DNA from: Glaucostegus cemiculus
Taxonomy: Eukaryota
Assembly (NCBI GenBank): GCA_976551045.1
Contig: CDPCPM010000013.1
Span: forward strand, 10,602,001-10,666,000
DNA: 64,000 nt
Reading direction: 5' to 3'
Under the pieces are notes generated by a model. That model was not told where the DNA came from. It made no database searches and worked only from the letters and a program-made list of their open reading frames with translations. A program made the translations under genes and the position numbers. Each line of letters begins with the position of its first letter. Position 1 is the stretch's first letter. Shown in pieces: positions 24,748-36,812 of this stretch.

Positions 24748-27587
24748 CTATAAAAGGAAGACAATTAACAATATTAAAATGTTTAACCTACAGCATGAGT
24801 GAAAAACAGTCACTTTTTATCACAAAGATAAATTTAATTAAACTTTAAATATTGTTTATGTTCAATGACTTGCTTACAGATTGTGGAGAAAGTCATTTGT
24901 AAATTCCTGCTGTGCTGTGGTGTTATAATTTAACTCTTAGAATGCTGGCAATTTCAAACAAACTCTCATTTCCCTTAAACAATTGACTGCATTTGTTTAC
25001 AGCTCATATATCGAGGCACTGAACAAAACATTTCTGCCATATTAAAAGCATAAAACATCAAAGACAACTTACAGTCATAATAAATGAAATATAAAACTAT
25101 TACACAGCTAAAATATATGCATAAGGCATTTACACACTTCATATATGCTTCTATTCTTTATTCAACAATTTTAATTTAGGTTAATTGAGGTTAAAATGTA
25201 TTTCTACTATCTCATGCCTTTTTCAAATGTAAAGGTGAAAACTATTTTTATAACAATACAAAGCTTACATTACTGAGAAATATATTTGAGAGTTCATGAA
25301 TGAAAGGACTACATAATGAAGAATAAGTTAGCAATAAGATCAGGTCAAATCTTGAAAGGCAAATTTAGGAAACATTGGGCCAACTCATTGATGATTAAAT
25401 GCCATGTTCATTCCAGAATTACCCACAAATGGTCTATAAATGTAAAGAAAATTCTCAAACTTAGGATCTAGGGAAATCTATCTATAAAGGGAAAGTATTT
25501 ATGTGCAAGCTACAAATTAATAACATATCTCTTGTGCATATAATCCATCTCACAGTAGACACTTGAATATAACGCATACTTTCTTTCCTCAGTTATCTGC
25601 ATATAACAGAACTTTTTAGAAATACAAAGCAGAGTACAACAATAAAACTATAATGATTGAATGTCCATTTTCAAACAAAGGCTACACATTGCCACCTCCA
25701 GGAAATATTAACAGTTTCTCTGTGACATTAGCTGTATAACCAATACTCAAGTACAATAACAGCAAAAAAATCAAAATAAGAAATACAGAATGCAAATTGA
25801 CAACAATTATTTCAGGGGACTAGAAATGGTAAGCACCTTGGCCTTGAAACATGGCAATAAACCTATCCTCATTAGATAAAAGGTCTTTAATTACAGGTTT
25901 AAATGCATTTGAGAATTATTAGGGAAGTTGAAACACCTTACAGCTTGTGTTGTAGTTGTTTGCAAATCCATGCCATTAAATTTTTAGTAGGAAGAGCAGA
26001 ATCAGGGATTATTAGGAATGTGGAAGTGGACAGGTTTACATTACAGACTCTCCAGGTTTGGAAGCACAGACTTCAGTTAAGGGCACCACAGGGCCATGAT
26101 GAAGGTGAAAAATAAATTGTATGGATTCAAATTGGATGTTTTGGTAAAAATTTGGAAGCTTGGAAATGTAAAGAAGGTGGGTATAGGCTTATGGTTTGCA
26201 AGGGCAGAGGAGTCAATGGTGGATTTTTAAAGGGCTGATAGCAGTTTGAAGTAAAGCAGACAGTGATGTACTGAGGAAATTACTTACGGTGGCAGTCAGC
26301 ATAGGGGTAGCAAAAGAAACTGAGTGGATACACGAGTTCATGACAGAAGAAGATAAACCTCATGGATGAGATGGTATTGTGAGAAGTGGAAGGAAACATA
26401 ACATCAGAGTTCCACACCAGGATGGTGGAGGTTTTAATGGATAAGAAGAAGAGTGGCCATGTCTATGCCCTTCTTCACATGGTTAAAGGTAATATGAACT
26501 GCCTAATACATAGTACTAATATTTTGGGAATGATGCAATTCAAAAGTGAGGGTCATAAATATTTAATGCACCTTATTATTTTGTAGAAATACAATACTTA
26601 TCAATATAATGAACTGGATTGTATTGATGAATGGTCAGTGGTTCGATATGGAAACATCGGCCAGCTGCGGGAGCGAAGGTCTCCTGCAGCATCTCTGGAC
26701 TCGCCATCACAGCCGAGCAGAGTTCTCAAACAGTCTGAGCAGAGGGAAAAGTGGCTTGTTTTTTAAAGAAGAGTTTTAACAAATATTCATGTTTTTAATT
26801 TAGAAAAGTTAAAGGCACTTTGAATTTTTATTGATATTTTTAGAATTATTTACATGTATTTGAACTGTTTTGAAATGATGGAAAAAGCCTTCTAACAGCA
26901 TAATCTGTCAGCAGGCTGTCAGGCTGGTCATAGGGCAGGGCCTTAGTTTCCAGTACTGTGGCTTAGTCACTGCTTATGGACACAAAATTGTCATCGACCA
27001 CATTAACCAAATGGCCATGGGAACAAGGAAAGAGGTAATCGGGATCCACCGCAATATGATCATAGGCATCCTGTGAGTGCTGAACGCAAGGCGCAGGCTG
27101 GAACCGGTGCTATTTAGTCCATTAAAAACATCACACCAGCTGGCCTCAGGATAATTAATGGCATTTGGTCCCAATGTGAATTTTGCTATTGAAATAAAAC
27201 AGAAGAACAAGAAAGTAAAGCTGACGTATTGGAAATGAGCAGAAAAGCTGACTATTAAAGCTATTGGGATTGAAGATAAAATATAACCAAAAATGGATTT
27301 CTACAAATTCTGTTTTTGACAACTGCTAATGGATCACTTACAAATATTATTAAGGAATCCAAGAACATAAACTGATAATCTTCTGCAAATCTATCCATTG
27401 ATTTAAAAGTTTATATCAAATCCAAATCATATTTAATGATTTATACCAAATATTACAGCACAGCAGATGGTCTAATACAAAACCAAAAATTCATTGATTT
27501 AACCAGCATATTGATTACACAATTCAAAAAAGCAGAACCTTCTATACAAGTCTTTTAATTAAGTTCTGAACAACAACATATAAAAAA

Positions 27588-28205
27588 AGCAACAAACACA
27601 AAATGCTGGAGGAACTCAGCAGATCAGGCAGCATTTATGGAGGGAAATAAACAGTTGATGTTTTGGGTTGAGACTCTTCATCAGGATTGGAAAGGACGAA
27701 GGCAAAAGCCAGAAAAAAAAAGGTAGGGGAACGGGGAGGATCACAAGCTGGCAGGTGATAGGCGAGTCCAGGTGAGAGGGGTAAGGTAGAAGGGTGGGGG
27801 AGGGGGGATGAAAGGGAACGATGAGAGAAGCTAGGAAGTGACAAGTGGAAGAGGCAAAGGGCAGAAGAAGGAATCCAATAGGAGAGGATAGTAGACCATG
27901 GAATAAAGGAAAGGAGGTAGGGAGCCAGAGGGAGGAGATGGGCAGGTTGTGAGGATGGGGGAAGGAGAAAGAGAAGGGATGGGTGGCCACAAGAATAAGG
28001 GAAAACAAAAGGGGAGGAGGATGAGAAACAGAGGGGAATGGTTATCGGAAGTTTAAAAAAAATCGATGTTGATGCAGGCAGGTTGGAGACTGCCAAGTCA
28101 GAATAGGAGGTGTTGCTCCTCCAACCTACATCTGGCCTTAAAGTGGCAGTAGACGAGGTCATGGATTGACATGTCAGTACGGGAACGGGAAGCGGAATTG
28201 AAGTG
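27588..28205 (-). mobile_element. Penelope-like retroelement 3' end (GIY-YIG C-terminus, pyrimidine-rich UTR, pLTR with decayed hammerhead)
   Basis: A minus frame reads FNSASRSRTDMSIHDLVYCHFKARCRLEEQHLLF*LGSLQPACINIDF. Hammerhead-like CTGATGAAGAGTCTCAACCCAAAACATC at 27653-27688. Confidence 0.85.
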
Positions 28206-29130
28206 TCTCAAAAATTTTCTTCAGCCACATGGAATGAAAATACCTAGGGAACCATGAACAATCTAGGCAGCTTCTTCCACAGACAACAAACCTGAGACAA
28301 AGAGTAATAACCAGAAGGTAGTCCCAAAAGCAGCATCAAGAAAACATTAAGTAATGATTGACAACCTTGTCTCAAGCAAAGAGAATTACAAGATCTACCA
28401 GCTAACTTGACTCTGTGGCATTGCAATTTCAGATATCCTATAGGATAAAACAATCAACAGATCAAAATGAACAAGATTTGCACAGAAAATTAAATAACTG
28501 ATCTATGTAACTTTTCAATCATATTAATAACATGTTGGTGATTAGCAAGGGCAGGTAGATAATAATAATTTTTTAAATGTGGATTATCTTTGAGAAATAA
28601 ACCACAAAAAACATAATTTATTCTAACTTCTAAAGGGATTCTCATTTCCAATTTTGAACTGGTAAGGCTTTTGACAGTCTAACTATCACAGTGAAGACAA
28701 ATGCAGATCTCTTTATAAATCCTCTTCCCAAATAGTAGGAACCACTGTCAAATCATAGACATCAATAAAAAACACTGAAAGATACAACTCAAAGGCTGTG
28801 AGGTGAAAACAGTTCCTACAACACAAGTGAATAGAAGTGTGAAAGAAAACACATTTTATATATGTAGAGGATGAAAACAAAAGAACTAAATAATGTCAGT
28901 TGCCTTGAAGAAAGTCTGGAATGAAAAGTTACACTTATCTCGAGATGCTCAACCGACGATCAACACTGTGCTAGCTTTGAATGGTTGGAATACGAAGGTG
29001 ATATTTTCCTTCATCTGGAGATCGAAGAACATCTTTATATTCATGATAATTTGTGGGGAAAAAGTCACATTCAGTAACACAAAACTTCAAGTGTGAAGGT
29101 ACTAATGTTGAGAAGAGAAAGAATGAAAAA

Positions 29131-29350
29131 GTTGTAGCGACTCACGCTACCGGGGTCTGAAACGCTGTCGGCCATCGCGGGGAAGCGTGCGAGCTCTCGC
29201 GACAGTGCCGGAAGGCGGGACTTCCGGCAAGAGTATGATGTCACTTCCACCCGCCATGTTTTTTGTAGTTTGGGATATGCGCGGCTTTTTGGTGAGTTAT
29301 TAAAAGCGTGCTCGATCGAGTCTCTATGTCCTTGTGTTCTTCTAAGTCGC
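29131..29350. promoter_or_regulatory. Intronic CpG island, candidate bidirectional promoter
   Basis: About 21 CpGs in 220 bp against a CpG-depleted background. Motifs: TCTCGCGACA (29195-29204), CCGGAAG (29208-29214), GGCGGGAC, ACTTCCGG (29220-29227), ETS/CRE-like TGATGTCACTTCC, and YY1-type CCGCCATGTT (29251-29260). GTGAGT donors point outward on both strands. Confidence 0.7.
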
Positions 29351-29399
29351 ACCCTGCTGGCTGCTACAAAGTATTCTTTATTAAATTCCTTTTCAGGAT

Positions 29400-30960
29400 C
29401 AGGGTGGCAAGGGCAAGACCAACATTTACTGCTTATCCTTAATTGCTATTAAGAATATGATGGTGACCTTCTTAACTGTTGCAATCCTTCCAGTGAAGAG
29501 CTGTTGAAGGAGATCCAGGAATTAGACACAGGGACAATGATAAATGTCCAAGTCAGGATGGTGTGTGACCTTGATGGAAACCTGCAGGTGGTGATGTTTC
29601 CATGCACCTGCTGCCCTCATCCTGCTTTGTGGTAAAGTTCAAGGATTTGAGATGTGCTGTCACAGTAGCCTGGGCAAGTAACTGCAGTGCATTTTGTCGG
29701 TGGTGCACAGTGCAGCTACTGTGGACTGGTGGGTGAGGGAATAAATGTTTGGATAGTGGGTGAGGTGCCAATAGGGCCGTCTTGTCATGGACAATGCTCA
29801 GGTTTTTGAGAGCTCTTCAATGCATACTCTTTTAGAAAAGTAGAGTTTCTTCCTTTACACTCTTGATTGTACCATGCCAATGATGGACAGTGTCAGGAAG
29901 TGAGCTGTTTGCCACTGGTTACCCCAGCCTTTAATATGCATTTTTTAAAAATATATATTCAATGGTTATGCCATATGTCAAGGATAGATAGTTAAGAGTT
30001 TCTCTTACTTTATTCATTTGTTGAAGAGCTGAGAGTGGAATTGAATAGTATGCAATCATCAGTGTACACCCCCACTTCACAGCTTGTGATGAAGGATGAT
30101 AACTCATGAAGCAGCTGAAGATGGTTGGGCCCCTGACACTGGCATGAAGAACTCCCATGATGATGTCCTGGGTCTGGTATGACTGACCTCCAAAAACCAC
30201 AACAATCTTCCTTTGTGCAAGGTATGACTCCAAACACTGATGTCCATTGACTTCAATTTTTCCAGGCACCGTGATGCTGCCTTTATGTTAATGGCAGTCA
30301 CTTGCCTGTGAAATTCAGTTCTGTGAGCTACATTTGAACCAAGGTTGTGATGAGGCCTGGAATCAAGTAGTCCTGGTGAAACCCAATTAATTATAGGCAA
30401 GTTACTCATGACTATGAGCTGCTTGCTAGCTCTGGTGACAATAGCTTCCATCACTTTGTTGATTGGAAATTGAATGATTGTACAGTAACTAGCTGGATTG
30501 GACTTCCTTGCTTTTTGTGAACATTATCAACCTGGGAAATTTTCCCATTGTCTGGAAGATGCCAGTGTTGTCACTGCACTGGAAAAGCTTGGCTAAAAGA
30601 CACAGCTAATTTTGGAGCACAGATCTTCAGTATTGCTGGGATGCTGTCTGTTCCTGTAGCCTTTGCTGTCTCCAGTGCATTCAGCTACTTATTGATATCA
30701 TACAGAGTGCATCAAGTTGGCTCGAGACTGGCTTCTGTGACGTTGGGGATCTCAGGAGGAAGCCTCCTGAGAGATCATCCTCTGGCTGAATACAATTGTG
30801 GATGCTTCAGTGTTTTTCTTTAGAAATGACATGTTTATCCTTGCCTTCTTTCAGGAAATGTACTCCTCCTGTTGGCTGTTTAATTGTCTGCCACCATTCA
30901 TGATTAGATGTTGTGGGGCTGCAGAGCTTTGATTTGTTTCACTAGTTTGGAGATTTTTTA
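29400..30960 (-). mobile_element. Old CR1-like LINE remnant
   Basis: ORFs 29931-30269 and 30010-30237 carry decayed RT motifs (SVRGPTIFSCF, VYTDDC). Confidence 0.65.
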
Positions 30961-32299
30961 GCACTCAAGCAGTCCTGTAATTTCAGCTCTTAAAAAGAAC
31001 ACTTATGGAATTATTTTCCCCAATAGACATTTCCTATAATTTATTCTTTACAATATGCCTTGAAGAAAGTTCAGAATTTATAAATCGTCATAAATTAGAA
31101 ACTGAAAATGCATATATATCAATCCTAGGTAAATCATTTAAGTGAAAAAATTTCTAAATGTTCTCAGTTCCATATATATTAATTCCCTTTATTTGCAAAA
31201 GTTAGGAAGCAACTATGAAGATTGATTGACAAGTTGAATTCATCAACAATCACAACTGATTGGCCAAAACACAAAGTGCATGGTATATAAATGTGTATTT
31301 ATATTGTTACTGAGTTTTTAAGTATATTAAACTGCAACGGATTTTGGTGTCAAAACTACAAAATAAAAATCATGCTCGTTTAACCCATTATAGTTGTGAT
31401 GTTTTCTATTTAGGCAGAAAACAGTCCTCACATTGTATTAAGAAACTCGCACATTTTGCAACAGGTGGTACAGTATGCACGTCTGATCAGCAGTAAGACA
31501 CAAGTCTTGGATCTCTCACCAGCAATGATATTACTGGACCATAGCGTTTACACTTGTAACTGAATATAAATATGGATGCTTAGAAACAACCATTTTAGCC
31601 AAGACAATCTGCAAAAAGCTAGCAGTCTGTTAATGTTTCTTGGAATTTACAGCATTGTTGCACTACACGTTTATGAAAGTTCATACTATTGTGGTTTAAC
31701 TACAAAGTAATTCTCATCTTATCACCTGCTAATGAATAATGGAACACTATTATTCTGCAACCATCACCAGTTCAGTTCATGTACATTTAGTATATTTATT
31801 GTTTAGCATGTTTTTTGTTTTATTCAGGCCACTATACATATTTCAGAAAATTTGACTCACGATTGATTCATCTTTTAGATATTGATTACAAAGCAGTCTT
31901 AGATGTAGATCTTGTTACCCCAAGATCATTGTTTGACCTTGTATAGGTCAAACTTTGACTGAGTATAGCCTCACAAACCATATGAAGCATGCTCCCAACC
32001 AAAATAATATGGTGAAATACAGAAGGGGCTGGCTTATTGCGGGCAGCTGGCTGCATCCACAGAACAGCTTCTCCACTCCCAGCTCACCAGCTGTCAAAGA
32101 TGTCAGTGTTGTTGCATATTTATGAATGTCTTTCAAAATTACCTGGATACTACTAAAAACTAAAAATATTACAAAGTTTCTTTAATTAAAAGTAAAAAGT
32201 ATAAATAGAACATAAAATTGTAAAGTAACATTTAAACTAACCTTAATAATGACTACTGATTGGTCCCAGTCATTTGGATGGAGTATTGCTGTATTTCAT

Positions 32300-33200
32300 A
32301 CAGTCAAGGAACACAGAATCAGGCTCGTCACTACACCACCACCACTCTGCCACCACCGCCCCCCACACCCCCCCAACCATGTGCCTATCCATACCATTCT
32401 CATTTATCTCATTTACCAGCCCTTGTTCCATAGCCTTCTATAGATTGGCACTTCAAGTGCTCATCACGGTACTTCTTATATGTTGCGACATTACTGATCT
32501 TTACCACCCACTGAGGCAGGGTGTTGCAGCCTAAAAATGCCAACTGTATGAAAATGTTCTTCCTCAGATTCTTGCTAAATCTCTTGCCCTTACCTTAAAC
32601 CTATGACCCTCAGCTTTAGATGCCTCTGCTATGGAGAAAACGTTCCTCCTATCTACCCCATTACATCCCTCATAGTTCCCCTTCAGCCTCCTCCTAGAAA
32701 ACAAATCCAGATACTCCAGATAAATGAAACCATGAAACATTCATATGCTGGTAAATCTCCTCTGCACCCTCTCTTGTGCAACTGTGACCTTGTTACCACA
32801 CTGCAGGAAGAACTGCCCATAATACAAGTTGTGGCCTACCTAGTGTTTTATAAAACTATATTATAACCTCCTTACTCTTACACTCTTTACCCTGGATAAT
32901 GAAGATTAGTATCCAGTATTTCATCTTCATCACTTAAACTGTCTATGCTACCATATTAAGGGATCCTTGGCTTTGTACACCAAGGTCCCTCAGTTCCTCA
33001 ATACTCCTTTGAGGCCTACCATTCATTGTATATGTCCCATCCTTTCTCGTCAGCCCAAACTGCATCCACTTGCACTTATATCAGGATTAAATTCCATCTA
33101 TCATTGCTCTGCCACCTTACCAACTGAGCAATATCATCCTGCAGCCTATGGCTATTCTTCTCACTATCAACAGCACTATCGACTTCTATGTCATCTCAAA
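32300..33200 (-). mobile_element. Decayed CR1 LINE
   Basis: Similar to the minus-strand CR1 at 44335-45200. Confidence 0.6.
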
Positions 33201-33439
33201 ATACTGCTGTTTAAGTTGGAGTAGGCTCAATGGGCAGACATCCCCGCATAAGAGTTGAAAAATGGTTTGACTGGAACAGCTAAGAGACTATCAATGCTTC
33301 TTTTTATTAAAGCTAAACCAGCCAGTAAAGTATTGATTTACACATGGATTCACACATGCAACTAATTACTGAAACGTGAGTTTGCCCAGTTTTTACTGCT
33401 ATTCCACAAGCCTAACATCACTAATGCAGCATTTAAGTC

Positions 33440-33905
33440 GATGAAAGGTGTAAAGTTGAGGTACTTAATGGCACAATATGCCTTGACTGAAGTATGAAGA
33501 AACATTGGGTTGAATACTCTTATATTTGTTAGAGTTTAGAAGAATGAGAGGCAATCTCATAGAAATCAACAACATTTTAAAAGGATGGGACAAACTAGAT
33601 GCAGAGAACACGTTCCATACATCAGTCAGTCTAAAGATAAATGGTAAGCCATATAGCACTGAGATATGAAATTTCTTCACCCACAGAATGGTGAACTTGT
33701 GGAATTTTCTGTCAGAGAAAGCAGTTGAAGCTAACTCATTAAATGTACTTAAGAAGGAGTTGGATAGAATTCTAAGGGCTATGGGTTTTAGGAATATGGA
33801 GAGAAATCAAGAACAAGGTACTGAATCTGGATATTTAGCCATGATCATGTTGAATGGTGGAGCAGGCTTGAAGTGTTGAACCCTGCCCTTAACTTCTATA
33901 CTTCT
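33440..33905 (+). mobile_element. CR1 3' fragment
   Basis: ORF 33688-33879 (VNLWNFL..AVEA..KKELD) and a CR1 tail. Confidence 0.7.
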
Positions 33906-35734
33906 ACAATTGCTGTTGAACAACTTCCCAGTGCCTGAATATTTAACTTTTATGTTTTGCTGATCATTCATTCAGATATTAATTATTGCAGCTGATATTA
34001 TTAAAGGCTATTTAAAAAAAAATTCTCTCTCTTATTCCCTTCTTCCCTTCAACTGCATGATTCTGAATTGAATTAAACATCCCAGATTTAACATTCATAG
34101 TTTTGACTGTGTATTGCAGTGAGGATTCATCGATCTATTTGTTTAAAGAATATCCACATACAGCACAGACCACTGCAGGGAACAGCATGTTGAAAAGGAT
34201 CTCTGAACACTGTAAAACCATTGGAGGATCTAGGCAACTTTAAACTTAAAGATCAGTGAGCATTGTCTCTTGACCACTGACTGCTATTTTGGGCCAATGT
34301 TCTTATTTGTATGACATTAAAGTCAGTAGTTCAGTTAATTTACACATGATCCACAACACAAATATTAATAAAAAACACAATTCATAAAATGAAGAAATCT
34401 TTCATACCTTTTCCATTCTTTACTGTATTTGTACAAAGATGTAATTATTCTTCTCCCATCATTGCACTCTTCACTGTGTGTTTAGTCTTGTGCAAAACAT
34501 ATTACATTCAACCAAAAAATTGATGGGCATCTGTTGCTAAGCCTATCAATGGCACTAAATATTCCCTTAGTACGGATGAGTCAAACAACTTGACTCTCCT
34601 TTTATTGTTTCCTTTGCTGTGCAATGTCCTAGAGCAGCCAAGGATAGGAGCTTCCTATGGATGTACCATATATTCAAAGGCAACTTCTAGCAATGAAATT
34701 TAAACCATTTCACCCTGACATTTTAATTGTCAAGCATAAGTTGTTCCTAAACACAAATTGATATTTAGGTCACTTCCTGTGCTCCAAATGTAGACTAAAG
34801 AAGGAGAAGCTACAATTTAATTATACTTCAGTTTTTTTCATCAAGATGAACAGAAATTTCGCACAGAAATGTGCCCTACTTTGGAGCACAGGAAATCATT
34901 ACTAAAGTTCTTACATGTCAAACACAGAATATAGCTCCTTCTTTGAGGACACTATCATGCTTATAACCCACTGAATGAAAGTAGTAATCAGCAACAATGA
35001 CTCGCTATTATATATGAACTCAAACAGTCCTGCAAATTTAACTCTTCATGCCTTGCTCAGGATATTCACAAGATGAGGGATGCAGTAGAGAGGATTGATA
35101 TGAATAACAGAATATAATAAAGTCCATTCTCTTAATAAAAATCCATTACAATTAAACTTAAGGAACATTTGACAATGTGTGATATAGTCTCAAAAGTGCA
35201 CAAATTTAAAAAAAAAACAGAATCATCTCATACTCTATGTCCGATATGCATCTCTCTGGTATTTTGGAGAAAAGAAGGATCTTTCTCCCAAAATATGAGG
35301 TAAGGTACAAGAGTATCAACTTCATGACGGAAAAAGGTTAATGAATTTTTTGGAACTGAATATCCACTGTGGCTTTAACCAAGGCAAGCATTTTTTTTTA
35401 CATAGGTTCCTCAAATCTTTAAAATCAGAAATGATTACTGAACAATCACTTAAATATGAGGCTTCAAGATGATTAATTATGTAATAGGAGGTGTCTCGAG
35501 TGTTTAATTATAATTTGAAGAAGATAACCATAAACACATTCTAACATGAGCAAAACAATCTTTTAACTAAAAAGGTGAAACATTTCTGGCTTGGTTTGGG
35601 ACTCAATGCTCTTTTGAAGATATAGCTAAGAAACCTGTTTCATCAAAGAAGGTTATGAGGAAATCATTCCTTCCTGGCACCTACCTTATTTGCTGATTAT
35701 TTCGTATCACTTTTTCTTGAATATTCTTTTATTG

Positions 35735-36812
35735 GCAAATGGAATTTAATTCGGGTAAGTGCGAGGTGTTGCATTTTGGGAAAACAAGTCAAGGTAGAAC
35801 ATTCACAGTAAATGGTAGGGCCCTGGGGAGAGTCATAGAACAGAGGGACCTAGGAGTACAAATACAGTTACCTGAAAGTGGCAATGCAGTTAGACAGGGT
35901 AGTGAAGGCGGCCCTTGGCACGCTGGCCTTCATGAGTCAGGGCAGTGAGAAAAGAAGTTGGGATGTTATGTTGCAGTTGAATAAGATGTTGGTGAGGCTG
36001 CATTTGGAAGATTGTGTTCAGTTTTGATCACACTGCTTATAGGAAAGATTGGTATTGGTTTATTATTGTCACTTGTACCGAGGTACAGTGAAAAGCTTGT
36101 CTTACAAACCGATCATACAGGTCAATTCATTACACAGCACAGTTACATAGTTAGCACAGAGTGCATTGAAATAGTACAGTGAAAACAGTAACAGTACAGA
36201 ATAAAGTGTCACAGCTACAGCAAAAGTGCAGTGCAATAAGGTGCAAGGTCGCACAGGGTAGAATGTGAGATCACAGACCATCTCATTGTATGAAGGAACC
36301 GTATAAAGGAATCTCATTGTATAAAGATGCCATTAAGCTGGAAAGAGTTCAGAGGAGATTTACAAGAATGCTGTTGGGACTCGAGGGACTGAGTTATGGA
36401 GAGAGATTGAGCAGGTTAATACATTTTTCATTGAAGCATAGGGGAATGAGGGGTGATCTCATACAGATGTATAAAATCATGAAAACTATAGATAGGGTCA
36501 ATGCGCACAGTCTTTTTCTCAGGGTTGGTGAACGAAGAACCAGAGGGCATAGGTTTAAGGTGAGGGGGGGAGATTAAGTAGGAACCTGGAGGGGTAACTT
36601 TTTCACCCAAAGGGTGATTCATACATGGAATGACCTGCCAGAAGAATGGTTGAGGCAGATACATTAACAACTATTAAAAGGTACTTGGACAGGTGTATGA
36701 ATAGGAAAGATTTAGAGGGATATGGGCCATTCGCAGGCAAATGGGACGAGATGGAAATCTTAGTTGGCATGGACCAGTTGGGCCAAAGGGCCCGAATCCG
36801 TGCTGTATGACT
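35735..36812 (+). mobile_element. CR1 LINE 3' part carrying a nested Rex1 tail
   Basis: MEFNSGKCEVLHFG..EQRDLGV and LERVQRRFTRML..RGDLIQMYKI..TRGHRFKV. Tail gggccaaagggcccgaatccgtgctgtatgact. Confidence 0.87.
36049..36303 (-). mobile_element. Rex1-like LINE 3' UTR inserted in CR1
   Basis: Near-identical to 63232-63480 and to the reverse complement of 10500-10755. Confidence 0.85.

Noticed and set aside
29071-29452. ORFs 29071-29352 and 29270-29452 as single-exon genes
   Set aside because: No recognisable protein; they are more simply explained by the GC richness of the island.
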